Part shown: positions 51,393 through 61,165 of the stretch, piece after piece
How positions within the stretch are numbered: position 1 is the stretch's first letter
How the letters are laid out: each line of letters begins with the position of its first letter
NCBI GenBank assembly: GCA_003514005.1
Contig: DOSJ01000006.1
Span: 66,281 to 130,280, forward strand
Direction of reading: 5' to 3'
Source: Candidatus Falkowbacteria bacterium
GTDB taxonomy: Bacteria; Patescibacteriota; Patescibacteriia; Patescibacteriales; UBA12075
DNA: 64,000 nucleotides
Made by a program: the position numbers and the translations under genes
Notes under the pieces: generated by a model
The model's input: only the letters and a program-made list of their open reading frames with translations
Told to the model about the DNA's origin: nothing
Database searches by the model: none

Positions 51393-51989
51393 GTGCCTTA
51401 TCCCCTTTCAATCCAAAATCTAATCAATCACCTTTCCAAGCTCCCGTCAGTCGGCCCGAAAACCGCCGAGAGGTATGTGTTTTGCTTACTTAAACAAAGC
51501 GACGAAGAATTGCAGTCATTCGCGCAGGCGCTAGCCGAATTAAAAGAAAAAACCATAACTTGTGCTAGCTGTTTCGCGATATCCAATACCTCGCCTTGCG
51601 CGATTTGCAAAGATAAAAATCGCACAGCTACCACGCTTTGCATTGTCGCAAATACACGTGATCTATATTCAATCGAATCTTCCAGAGAATACAAGGGCGC
51701 TTACCACGTTCTTGGCGGCGTAATCGATGTTGTAAATGGTATCAAACCAGAAAATTTAAAAATAAAAGAACTGCTTCAAAGAATAAAAAGCCAAAAAATC
51801 AGCGAAGTCATTTTAGCGCTCAATCCAAATATGGAAGGAGAAACAACCTCTCTGTATCTAAGCAAACTATTAAAACCATTGAACATAAAAATTACAAGAA
51901 TTGCCCGCGGATTACCCATGGGTTCTGATTTGGAGTATGCGGATGAAATGACTTTGGCAAATGCTTTGAAGTTTAGGAATGAATTGTAA
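51393..51989 (+). CDS. recR: recombination protein RecR (GTG start)
   Basis: HhH LPSVGPKTAERY, Cys4 zinc finger C..C....C.IC, and a Toprim domain. Confidence 0.9.
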   Translation: MPYPLSIQNLINHLSKLPSVGPKTAERYVFCLLKQSDEELQSFAQALAELKEKTITCASCFAISNTSPCAICKDKNRTATTLCIVANTRDLYSIESSREYKGAYHVLGGVIDVVNGIKPENLKIKELLQRIKSQKISEVILALNPNMEGETTSLYLSKLLKPLNIKITRIARGLPMGSDLEYADEMTLANALKFRNEL

Positions 51990-51992
51990 AAA

Positions 51993-52095
51993 AGTATTAA
52001 GTATATAGTATTAAGTATTAAGCTCTATAATAAAAAAACGTGCATTTTATATGCACGTTTTTTGATATCAATGCTTAATACTTAATACTATATAC
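51993..52095. terminator. bidirectional terminator nested inside a perfect 23-bp inverted repeat of aagtatt words
   Basis: gtatatagtattaagtattaagc (52001-52023) is the exact reverse complement of 52073-52095. The inner hairpin aaaaaaacgtgcat-tttat-atgcacgttttttt spans 52033-52063. Confidence 0.8.
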
Positions 52096-52106
52096 CAAAT
52101 ACCAAC

Positions 52107-52421
52107 TTAATCAATCTTACTAATCTTAACCTTCGTATAATTCTGACGATGTCCTTTGTTTCTCAAATATCTGGTCTTGTTTTTGTATTTGATAACAGAA
52201 ACTTTTTTGTCTTTGAGATTTTCAATAACAATTCCCTCAACTTTTTCACCAAGAGACGGTTTGCCTAGATTAAGCTCTGCGCCGTCAGCGCTGGCGATTA
52301 ATAATGTTTCAAAATTGACTTTAGCATTTAGCTCTGCATCCAATTTTTCAATAAGCAAAATTTGCTCTTCTTTGACTTTGTACTGTTTTCCTCCGGTTTT
52401 AATAACTGCGATTTTTGACAT
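52107..52421 (-). CDS. rplU: 50S ribosomal protein L21
   Basis: MSKIAVIKTGGKQYKVKEEQ...KYKNKTRYLRNKGHRQ. Confidence 0.95.
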   Translation of the reverse strand: MSKIAVIKTGGKQYKVKEEQILLIEKLDAELNAKVNFETLLIASADGAELNLGKPSLGEKVEGIVIENLKDKKVSVIKYKNKTRYLRNKGHRQNYTKVKISKID

Positions 52422-52563
52422 ATTTTTTATGGATCTTAAGTGATTCCAAAAATTTGAAATTACATTTAGACTTAAGATATTTAATTATTTTAATATAAAA
52501 CAAAATCCGCCTAATATAGCGGTAACTATATTATACTAATTTCAGACAAAAAGTCAATAGCTT

Positions 52564-53706
52564 TTAGGCTTTTGCCATAATCGCCTTGGCAATAACTTTA
52601 ACCACGTTTTTATCTGTAATATTAGGTATTATTTTATTTTTTGTCGGCTTTTTTACTGTATACGCAAGTGCAATTGCCACTGAAATTTTCATTTCAGTCG
52701 TAACTTTTTTTATTCGGGAATCCAATAACCCCCGAAATATGCCAGGAAAAACCAGCGCATTATTGATTTGATTATCATAATCCGAGCGTCCGGTCGCGAC
52801 TATTCCGGCACCGCCTGAGAAAGCTTCTTCCGGAAATATCTCCGGTACCGGATTTGCCATGGCAAATATTATCGGTTTTGCATTCATTGTCCCGACCATC
52901 TCTTTTGTTAATTCTTTTGGTTTGGATACGCCGATATATACATCAGCATTCACAAGCGCGTCTTCTTTTGTTCCGGAGAAATTTTTATTAGCTGTTTTTG
53001 CAATCAAAGCTTTCTTATATTTATTCAGATCTATTCTTTTTCCGGAAACCACGCCCTTAGAATCAAGCAGTAATAAATCTTTTACGCCAAAAGCCAATAG
53101 CAAACGCGCAATCGCGATTCCGGCCGCTCCTGCACCGCTTATCACGATCCGAAGTTCTTTTAGGACTTTACCGCTCACGCGACAAGCATTAATCAATCCG
53201 GCGAGCGTAACAATTGCCGTTCCGTCTTGATCATCGTGAAACACAGGAATATTTAATTCCTTTTCCAATCTTTCTAAAATATAAAAACATCTTGGCGCGG
53301 AAATATCTTCCAGATTAATTCCGCCAAAGCTTGGCTCAATCTGTTTGCAAAACATAATTATCTCTTCGCTATCTGTCGTGTTAATGCACAATGGAAAAGC
53401 ATCAACCCCGGCAAATTCTTTGAATATCGCACTCTTCCCTTCCATTACCGGCATCCCGGCCTCCGGCCCAATATCACCAAGCCCAAGAATAGCCGTTCCG
53501 TCAGATACGATTGCAACTTGATTGGCACGATTAGTCAATTCCCAACTTTTCTTCTTCTCCCTTGCTATTTCCATACAGACCGCGCCAACACCAGGCGTGT
53601 AAACGGCGCTTAAATCGTCTTTGGTTTTGAGAGTAACTTTTGATGCAATTGAGATTTTACCGCGATGTTTTTTGTGTAAAGCGATGGCTTTTTTGTTGTA
53701 GTCCAT
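52564..53706 (-). CDS. NAD(P)-dependent malic enzyme (short form)
   Basis: LSAVYTPGVGAVC, DGTAILGLGDIG, GINLEDISAPRCF and the GAGAAG Rossmann motif. Confidence 0.9.
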   Translation of the reverse strand: MDYNKKAIALHKKHRGKISIASKVTLKTKDDLSAVYTPGVGAVCMEIAREKKKSWELTNRANQVAIVSDGTAILGLGDIGPEAGMPVMEGKSAIFKEFAGVDAFPLCINTTDSEEIIMFCKQIEPSFGGINLEDISAPRCFYILERLEKELNIPVFHDDQDGTAIVTLAGLINACRVSGKVLKELRIVISGAGAAGIAIARLLLAFGVKDLLLLDSKGVVSGKRIDLNKYKKALIAKTANKNFSGTKEDALVNADVYIGVSKPKELTKEMVGTMNAKPIIFAMANPVPEIFPEEAFSGGAGIVATGRSDYDNQINNALVFPGIFRGLLDSRIKKVTTEMKISVAIALAYTVKKPTKNKIIPNITDKNVVKVIAKAIMAKA

Positions 53707-53758
53707 TTTTAAAAGTATTAATTATTAAGCAATTAATTTATATTTGCTTATGCATCAT

Positions 53759-56700
53759 TCACGACACAATAATATTGCGGCCTAGGCGGGCTTTGAGTTC
53801 AGTTATGAGGAATGATGAATTATTAATGCGGAATTCGGTTTCGATTTTTTTCTTGACTCCGTTTATTTTAAATTCAAGCGTAACTCGGCTTTCGCCTTTG
53901 TGCTTAGCAAATATCTGCCTCAGCCATTCCAATCCGTCATTATCCAAATTATTTACGAACTCGATATTCAAATTCCTTTGAATCGAATATTTGCTTGGCC
54001 CGCCCTGAAAATATTCACCGCTGCCGCCGATAGCGGCGTTTTTAAACTTGCTGATGACCGCGCCGATATTTTTCAAAGAGAGTTTGAAAGCCGTATTAGC
54101 CAAAAGCTTTGTTTCCTGGTCTTTGTCAGAAAGCTTGCCTTGTGAAATTATGCCTTTACCGTCCACCCAAATATCTGAGGTTTCTTTTAACAAATTTGGA
54201 AAAACTAGTATTTCAAGTGTCCCCCCATCATCTTCAATCTTGACAAACAGCATGTTTTTGTTGGTTCTGGTCATTATCTTTTGTACTCGTGTAATTATTC
54301 CCGCCACTGTAACCTGTTGTTCGTTTTTAAATTCGGATAATTTTCGTAAAGGAGTAACAAATTCGCTGATATGTTTTTTGTATTCCGTGAAAGGATGCGA
54401 TGAAATATAAAGACCAAGCAATTCTTTTTCCCAGCGCAATTTGTCCTGCTGGTCAACACCAGGAAAAGGTGCAAGCTTGATATCGCTTGAACCCTGCAGC
54501 TCTGGAGCTGAAGTGAAAAGACTGGCTTGCATATTGTTTTGCGCTTTGATTTTCTCTTTGTTATAGGCAAGCATTGTCTCGATATTTCCCAATAGTTCGC
54601 CACGTTCGCCAAATTGATCAAGCGCACCACTTTTAATCAGACTTTCAAGCGACTTCTTGTTCAAGTCTTTATCTGTAACGCGCGTCAATAGGTCGCTAAT
54701 ATCGCGATAACGGCCGTTATTTTTCCGCTCGGCAATCAAAACCGCGGCAATATGCTCACCGATATTTTTGATTGCATTCAATCCAAAGCGGATGGTATTG
54801 GATTTTTCATCAATCGCGGCTGTTTTATTATTATCCGTACCACTGGTAACAACGGTAAAAGATTCGAATGACTGATTAACATCCGGACGCGTAACATTAA
54901 TACCCATACGCCTGCATTCTTCGATTTCAACGGATATGCGTTCGGTATTCTGCTGATCCGCTGTTAAAAGCGCGGCCATAAATTCAGTCGGCCAATGTGC
55001 TTTGAGATAAGCGGTCTGATACGCGATCATAGCATAGCACGCGGCGTGGCTACGATTAAATCCATAACCGGCGAAAGGCTCGATAAACGAAAATATTTTT
55101 TCCGCCAACTGACTGGAAATGCCATTTTTAACACAGCCTTCGATAAATTTTATTTTTTGTTCTTCCAAAAGCTTAACAATCTTTTTACCCACAGCCTTGC
55201 GCAAAACATCGGCCTGCGCCATTGTAAATCCCGCCAAATCGCGCGCCATCTGCATAACTTGTTCTTGATAGATGGCTACGCCATAGGTTTTGTTTAAAAT
55301 CGGTTCCAATTTCGGATGTAAATACTCTAGCTTTCTTTTGCTGTGCTTGCCGGAAATATAATCTGGAATCCATTCCATCGGCCCTGGTCGATACAACGCA
55401 ACCATGGCGATTATATCCTCAAATTCGCTTGGTCTAAGCTCTTTTAAATATCGTTTCATACCCGAACTTTCAAACTGAAAAATACCAGTTGTTTCACCGT
55501 CATGAAAAAGCTTATATGCCGCCTTGTCATCCAGTGGTATATTGTCAATATCTATAATCAAATCACGTGTGTTTTTGATAATGCGTATCGCCGATTCGAT
55601 GATGGTAAGATTTTTCAAACCTAAAAAATCCATTTTCAAAAGCCCCAAATCTTCTACCGGATGAAGCGAATACTGCGATACCACGCTTTTATCTGCGGAT
55701 GAAGCATATTGCACGGGCGTATACTCGGTTAAGGGCTGTTTGGTAATCAAGACTCCGCAAGCATGGGTTGAAGCATGGCGGGCAACGCCCTCCAGGCGCT
55801 TGGCATAGCCGATTATTTTCCGTCCCATATCATCACGCTTGTATTCGTCCTTGAACTCCGGCACGATTTCCAGCGCCTTATTGATTCCGGTAAACATCGG
55901 TATCATCTTTGCCAGCTTGTCGCAGTAATCATAAGGCGCGCCCAAAACGCGTCCGACATCGCGCACTGCGGCGCGGGCGGCCATGGTTCCGAAAGTGATT
56001 ATCTGCGAAACATGGTCTTTACCGTATTTATTTTCAACGTATTTGATTACTTCGTCGCGGCGGATATCGGCAAAATCCAAATCAATATCAGGCATGGATA
56101 TGCGGTCAGGATTCAAGAACCGTTCGAATAATAGATCATATTTCAAGGGATCAAGATTTGTTATACCGACAAGGTAACAGACAAGCGAACCGGCCGCGCT
56201 GCCGCGCCCGGGTCCGACAACTATTTTTCTGTCTTTTGCCCAATTCACAAAATCCGCTACAATCAAAAAATAAGAAGGCCAGCCCATTTTTTCAATAACC
56301 GACAACTCAAAATCCATCCGCTCTTTTACTTCTTTATCCGCATCGGCATAGTCTTTGCCATAACGTCGGCGCAAACCTTCTTCGCAGAGGCGGCGCAAAT
56401 AGCTATTTTCATTATACGTTTCCGGAACATTAAAAAAAGGCAATTGGATATCGCCCAGTTTGATGCCGGCATCGCACATTTCCGCTATTTTCAAAGTATT
56501 TTCCAAAGCATCCGGCACGTCTTTAAAAATTTCCCACATCTCCTGATTGGATTTGAAAGAATAATCGCTTTCCGTCATATTCATGCGATCTTTGTCGCTG
56601 ATCTTTTTTTTGTTTTGCAAACACAAAAGAATGTCCTGGGCTTCTTTATCTTCTTTTTTTAGATAATGAACATCATTAGTCGCTATCAAAGGAATATTGA

Positions 56701-57292
56701 GTTCCCGTGAAAAATCAATCAAAGTTTTATTAATCAAATCCAATCCTTCCAACTCGGGATGATGCATAATTTCCAAATAATAATTCCCCTGCCCAAAAAG
56801 CGCGTTAAACTCCAAAATCCGTTTTCGCGCTTTATCCAGCTGTCCCAGCCTGATTAGCGTCGGAATTTCGCCGCCCATGCAGGCGCTTGATGCGATTAAT
56901 CCTTCATGATGTTTTACCAAAGTTTCCCAATCAAAACGCGGCTTGTAATAAAATCCTTCCAAATGAGCGATACTTGTCAGCTTGATCAGGTTTTTATAGC
57001 CTTGATTGTTTTTTGCCAAAAGCAGTAAATGATAATTCTTTTTTTCATCCACCTTTGACATCTTGTCAAAACGCGAATTCGGAGCCATATATCCTTCCAC
57101 GCCGATAATCGGTTTGATTCCCGCCTTTAGGCATTTTTGATAAAATTCAATAACGCCATACATAACGCCATGATCGGTAATCGCAACCGCCGGAGATCCT
57201 TGTACTTTGACAGTATCAATCAACTCGTCCAGCTTAGTCAAGCCGTCGAGCAATGAATAGTGGGTATGGACGTGGAGATGGACGAAATTCAT
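53759..57292 (-). CDS. dnaE: DNA polymerase III alpha subunit
   Basis: PHP domain FVHLHVHTHYSLLDG, palm/fingers motifs (GPGRGSAAGS, PDIDLDF) and an OB fold. 1177 aa. Confidence 0.95.
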   Translation of the reverse strand: MNFVHLHVHTHYSLLDGLTKLDELIDTVKVQGSPAVAITDHGVMYGVIEFYQKCLKAGIKPIIGVEGYMAPNSRFDKMSKVDEKKNYHLLLLAKNNQGYKNLIKLTSIAHLEGFYYKPRFDWETLVKHHEGLIASSACMGGEIPTLIRLGQLDKARKRILEFNALFGQGNYYLEIMHHPELEGLDLINKTLIDFSRELNIPLIATNDVHYLKKEDKEAQDILLCLQNKKKISDKDRMNMTESDYSFKSNQEMWEIFKDVPDALENTLKIAEMCDAGIKLGDIQLPFFNVPETYNENSYLRRLCEEGLRRRYGKDYADADKEVKERMDFELSVIEKMGWPSYFLIVADFVNWAKDRKIVVGPGRGSAAGSLVCYLVGITNLDPLKYDLLFERFLNPDRISMPDIDLDFADIRRDEVIKYVENKYGKDHVSQIITFGTMAARAAVRDVGRVLGAPYDYCDKLAKMIPMFTGINKALEIVPEFKDEYKRDDMGRKIIGYAKRLEGVARHASTHACGVLITKQPLTEYTPVQYASSADKSVVSQYSLHPVEDLGLLKMDFLGLKNLTIIESAIRIIKNTRDLIIDIDNIPLDDKAAYKLFHDGETTGIFQFESSGMKRYLKELRPSEFEDIIAMVALYRPGPMEWIPDYISGKHSKRKLEYLHPKLEPILNKTYGVAIYQEQVMQMARDLAGFTMAQADVLRKAVGKKIVKLLEEQKIKFIEGCVKNGISSQLAEKIFSFIEPFAGYGFNRSHAACYAMIAYQTAYLKAHWPTEFMAALLTADQQNTERISVEIEECRRMGINVTRPDVNQSFESFTVVTSGTDNNKTAAIDEKSNTIRFGLNAIKNIGEHIAAVLIAERKNNGRYRDISDLLTRVTDKDLNKKSLESLIKSGALDQFGERGELLGNIETMLAYNKEKIKAQNNMQASLFTSAPELQGSSDIKLAPFPGVDQQDKLRWEKELLGLYISSHPFTEYKKHISEFVTPLRKLSEFKNEQQVTVAGIITRVQKIMTRTNKNMLFVKIEDDGGTLEILVFPNLLKETSDIWVDGKGIISQGKLSDKDQETKLLANTAFKLSLKNIGAVISKFKNAAIGGSGEYFQGGPSKYSIQRNLNIEFVNNLDNDGLEWLRQIFAKHKGESRVTLEFKINGVKKKIETEFRINNSSFLITELKARLGRNIIVS

Positions 57293-57300
57293 AAATTAAC

Positions 57301-57359
57301 TTTCTAAATTATAATTTCTAATTTCTAAAATTTAGACATTAGAATTTATAATTTAGAAA
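57301..57359. repeat. near-perfect 29-bp-arm palindrome of ttctaaa/tttagaa words
   Basis: tttctaaattataatttctaatttctaaa | tttagacattagaatttataatttagaaa (27/29 complementary by hand). Related words occur at 43462-43497. Confidence 0.8.
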
Positions 57360-58550
57360 TTACTCTATTATTGCCTTATCTTTTTTAATAAAATAATTTA
57401 AAACAAAAGTCAAGACACCGGCGATAACAAGTATAATCATTAAGGCTGTGCGAGTTTCAAAAATTAAAAGAAAAAACAGGAAAAACAACACCATGGTTAT
57501 TCGACCTAGATGCATATAGAACTCGCGATTCATCATCGCGTTGCCGATATTGGCATGTGAATGTTTATAAAATCCGGAATCAAGCGAAATCTGCATGAAA
57601 GCCGCGAAAATTCCGCCAAATGCCAAAACGGTTGACATGCCGAAAACACTGCGTGTAAACGCGCGCAAAATCAAAGTAGCCGCGTGTCCGATGGCACCGA
57701 TGCGGCCGATTCTGCGAACACCGGTTTTATCCGATATTTTTCCCGCCACCAAGCAAGACACTGAATAACCGATATTGCAAAAAATATAAATGAACCCGAT
57801 TGATAAAAAATTAATCGACATCACAAACATATAAATCGGCCAAATCAAACCGGACGAAAAATAATTTGCGCCATCAATGAAAAAAATCCAATTCTTCTTG
57901 TCTGACTTAAAATCCAAAATCTTGTTAAACTTGCAATCTACATCCGCGCTAATATTCCGTGATAAAAACAAAACAAACGAGGCTATGGAAAGAAGAATAA
58001 TACTAACCAAGAATGTTGCCTTGAAACCAAAAAAAGTAATTAAAAAACCGCCAAGAAATGGCGTAAAAATTCCTAGGGCATTTGGTATAGAATAAAGGAA
58101 GCCTAGCTTTTTTCCCTCATTATGCGAATGTGAAGCAATAAAAAAATAAATATGATGTGCCGTCCAGTAAGTTACGATCGCTATGACAGCCGGCACAAAA
58201 AGAATTGCCAAGAATTTAATACCGCCAGCCAATGCGCTAATTTTTTCATAGTTGCTCAGGATCACATAAAAACAGATTTCCGCAAAATAACTGATCACCA
58301 ATCCCCTTTTTACGCCGATGTGATTTATTATTTTTAATAAAAAATAATGAGCGACAATGCAGGTAATATAAAAGCAAAGATAATAAACGGCAACACAAAA
58401 AATAGAATAGCCTTTTTCAATCAAATACAATGGCACAAAAAAGGTAATCATTGATAGCGCGATATTGCGCAAAGAATCGGCAATCACCAGTCCGTAATAA
58501 CGTCCATGAATCATATGTCTGATATGTTCAAAAGAGATATGTTTTCTCAT
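57360..58550 (-). CDS. MFS transporter
   Basis: About 12 hydrophobic helices, 396 aa. Loop motif GKISDKTGVRRIGRIG between TM8 and TM9. Confidence 0.7.
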   Translation of the reverse strand: MRKHISFEHIRHMIHGRYYGLVIADSLRNIALSMITFFVPLYLIEKGYSIFCVAVYYLCFYITCIVAHYFLLKIINHIGVKRGLVISYFAEICFYVILSNYEKISALAGGIKFLAILFVPAVIAIVTYWTAHHIYFFIASHSHNEGKKLGFLYSIPNALGIFTPFLGGFLITFFGFKATFLVSIILLSIASFVLFLSRNISADVDCKFNKILDFKSDKKNWIFFIDGANYFSSGLIWPIYMFVMSINFLSIGFIYIFCNIGYSVSCLVAGKISDKTGVRRIGRIGAIGHAATLILRAFTRSVFGMSTVLAFGGIFAAFMQISLDSGFYKHSHANIGNAMMNREFYMHLGRITMVLFFLFFLLIFETRTALMIILVIAGVLTFVLNYFIKKDKAIIE

Positions 58551-58608
58551 AATTCACAAATAATAAAACATAGCATTAACCGGCACTATGTTTTAAAAAA
58601 CTAAAATA

Positions 58609-59469
58609 TTATTTTTTTACTTTGGCTATAATCTCGTGCAGTTCTTCATCGGAATAAAAATTGATGATGATCTGTCCGCCTTTGCCTTTTCGGACTATCT
58701 CCGCTTTTGCGCCAAAAAATTCACGAAGAGCAAACTCTTTGTCCTTGTCTGCATAATTAATCTTGATGCGCGCCGCTTTGGTGCCGCCCATTACTTTTGC
58801 TTCTTTATTGGTATCGCTAACTGATAAATCATTGTGCAGTATCTTTCGAAACAAAGCCATCTGCTTTGCCTCGGAATCAAGACCGACCAAGTACTTGGCA
58901 TGACCTTCGGTAATACGGCTATCCATCAAAGCCAATTGGATGTCTTCGGGCAATTTCAACATGCGCAAGGTATTGGCTACGGAAGATCGCGGCTTGCCGA
59001 TTTTTTTCGCAAGCTCGTCCTGGGTTAGATTGAATTCATCCATCAGCTTCCGGCATGCCTGCGCCGTATCGATCGGATTAAGGTCTTCTCTTTGGATATT
59101 TTCAATCAAGGCGACAGCCAGTTTTTCCTGATCATCGACTTTGCGGATAATAACCGGAACGGTTTTAAGCCCCGCCGCTTTGGAAGCGCGCAAACGCCTT
59201 TCGCCGGCGATTAATTCATGCTTTCCGTCTTTTTCCGGACAGACAATCAAAGGCTGGATTACACCATACTCCTTTACGGAAAGCGTAAGCTCATCCATGG
59301 CGCTATCGATGAATTGTTTTCGCGGCTGGAGCGAATTGACTATTATCTTGTCAATATCGATTTGAATCGCTTGTCCGTCATTTTTTGGCAATTCGTTTGG
59401 AGTTTGCGAAAATTGTGCGCTTTTGCTTGGAATCAGAGAACCCAACCCCCTACCTAGACCGTTTGTCAT
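58609..59469 (-). CDS. parB: chromosome partitioning protein ParB/Spo0J
   Basis: GLGRGLGSLIP, ParB box LIAGERRLRASK, IENIQREDLNP, and the HTH LTQDELAKKIGKPRSSVAN. Confidence 0.9.
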   Translation of the reverse strand: MTNGLGRGLGSLIPSKSAQFSQTPNELPKNDGQAIQIDIDKIIVNSLQPRKQFIDSAMDELTLSVKEYGVIQPLIVCPEKDGKHELIAGERRLRASKAAGLKTVPVIIRKVDDQEKLAVALIENIQREDLNPIDTAQACRKLMDEFNLTQDELAKKIGKPRSSVANTLRMLKLPEDIQLALMDSRITEGHAKYLVGLDSEAKQMALFRKILHNDLSVSDTNKEAKVMGGTKAARIKINYADKDKEFALREFFGAKAEIVRKGKGGQIIINFYSDEELHEIIAKVKK

Positions 59470-59576
59470 ATTGTTTATATATTATGAGATTTAATTAAAA
59501 ATACTGCTTTTGAAATATTTTCGGCCGATACGGACGTGAACTATCTGTAAAATAAGTAAAAAATATAACTTTATAT

Positions 59577-60926
59577 TTAATCAGCTAACTCCTCATCCTC
59601 CGTACTGCTAGCGGATTCTAGAACAGATGGCGCGGCGCTCCAGGCTTCTTTGCTGGACAAAAGCCAAAGCGCTTTTTCCATTTGCGGATCCTTGCCGGCA
59701 TTATAGTCCTCTAGCGTCAATTCAACCTCATGGTCAACCGCTACACCCTCGTCATTAATACTGCGTCCGTTCGGAGTCAGCCATTTTGCAATTGTAATTT
59801 TGATTGACGATCCATCCTCCAAATTTGTTAGCGACTGCACCGAACCTTTGCCAAAAGTTTTCTTGCCAACAAGCTTGGCCAAACCCTTGTCCTGCAAAGC
59901 ACCGGCAACAATTTCCGAAGCCGAAGCCGAACCCTCGTTCACAAGAACGACCGTCAAAAAATCTTTCAAACGCGCGCGACCGCGCGCTAAATGGTCGATT
60001 TTACTGTCATCACCGTATTGTTCATAAACAATCGGACCTTCGTCAACCCACTCGCTCGCCACCTCTATCGCGGTATCCAAATAGCCGCCCGGATTATTGC
60101 GCAGATCCAAAATAATCCCTTTGACGCCGGAATCCAGGGCAGAACGAACCGCATTATTGAATGCCAATTCCGTATCATTATTAAAGCTGATAATCTTTAT
60201 GATAAATATGCCATCGTCTTTTTTTTCGGTTCGGACTGAACTGACCACGATCGCACCGCGTGTGATCTCGATCTCTTTTGCCTCGCTTAAACCGTCACGA
60301 ACAATTGTCAAAGTAACCTTTGTGTCTTTTGGTCCGCGAATTTTGGTAACCGCTTCATCGACTGCCATTCCCTGGGTAATAACCGTATCAATCGCCAAAA
60401 TCTTATCCCCGGCTTTTATTCCGGCAAGTTCGGCCGGCATTCCCGGCAAAGGCGCGATAATAGTTAAAACATCGCCTTTGATTCCGATTTCCGCGCCAAT
60501 CCCTTCAAAAGTACCGGCTAAATCATCGGAAAAATCTTCGGATACTTTTGGATCCATAAAAACCGTGTACGGGTCTTCAATCGCCGCAACCATGCCACGC
60601 AGTGCACCGTAAAAAAGCTTTTTGTCAGTGATTTTTTCCTGATCAACGTATTGTTTTTTCAAAGCGTCCCAAGTTTTCCAAAATAGATTAAAATCAATAT
60701 CCTGCGTATAAGCACCGTCTTCATTTTTTTGGTATTTTCCCAAAACTTCACCAGCGTAAACAACCTCTTTTATAGCCAGTTGTTTTACTGCATCACTTTT
60801 CACAGTTATATAAATACCAAATCCAAAACTGCTCAACATTGCGGCAATAACCAAAACAACGGTTAAAAAACGCTTATAACCTTTGTATTTTTCGCTTTTT
60901 TCAATATTTTTAATTTCTTCAGTCAT
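59577..60926 (-). CDS. ctpA: S41 carboxyl-terminal processing protease with PDZ domain
   Basis: TM anchor, PDZ (PAELAGIKAGDKILAID), and the S41 core (ILDLRNNPGGYL, GSASASEI, GKKTFGKGSVQ). Confidence 0.85.
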   Translation of the reverse strand: MTEEIKNIEKSEKYKGYKRFLTVVLVIAAMLSSFGFGIYITVKSDAVKQLAIKEVVYAGEVLGKYQKNEDGAYTQDIDFNLFWKTWDALKKQYVDQEKITDKKLFYGALRGMVAAIEDPYTVFMDPKVSEDFSDDLAGTFEGIGAEIGIKGDVLTIIAPLPGMPAELAGIKAGDKILAIDTVITQGMAVDEAVTKIRGPKDTKVTLTIVRDGLSEAKEIEITRGAIVVSSVRTEKKDDGIFIIKIISFNNDTELAFNNAVRSALDSGVKGIILDLRNNPGGYLDTAIEVASEWVDEGPIVYEQYGDDSKIDHLARGRARLKDFLTVVLVNEGSASASEIVAGALQDKGLAKLVGKKTFGKGSVQSLTNLEDGSSIKITIAKWLTPNGRSINDEGVAVDHEVELTLEDYNAGKDPQMEKALWLLSSKEAWSAAPSVLESASSTEDEELAD

Positions 60927-61054
60927 TTAATTTATACTTATTAATTTTATTTATTCATTTTAACATAAAATGCACATATGTAGCAAGACAGATTTTTTAC
61001 ACTTGAAATATAGCGTAATTAGGGTATACTAAAAATTAATAGTTCTAATAAATC

Positions 61055-61153
61055 AAAATGAAAATCTCAAAATTTAAAATTACAGTTTAAAATGCAAAAT
61101 TATACTATATTTTAACTTTACATTGTCATTTTGAATTTTGAGATTTTCATTTT
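61055..61153. repeat. AT-rich long hairpin in the ctpA/murA divergent region
   Basis: aaaatgaaaatctcaaaat (61055-61073) is exactly complementary to attttgagattttcatttt (61135-61153). The inner arms are ~75% complementary. Related to 13403-13497. Confidence 0.8.
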
Positions 61154-61165
61154 AAATTTTTTAAT

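Noticed and set aside
52422-52563. Ribosomal-protein L21 leader RNA upstream of rplU
   Set aside because: I could not identify a convincing conserved structure by eye in the 140-nt AT-rich region. This would need a covariance-model search.
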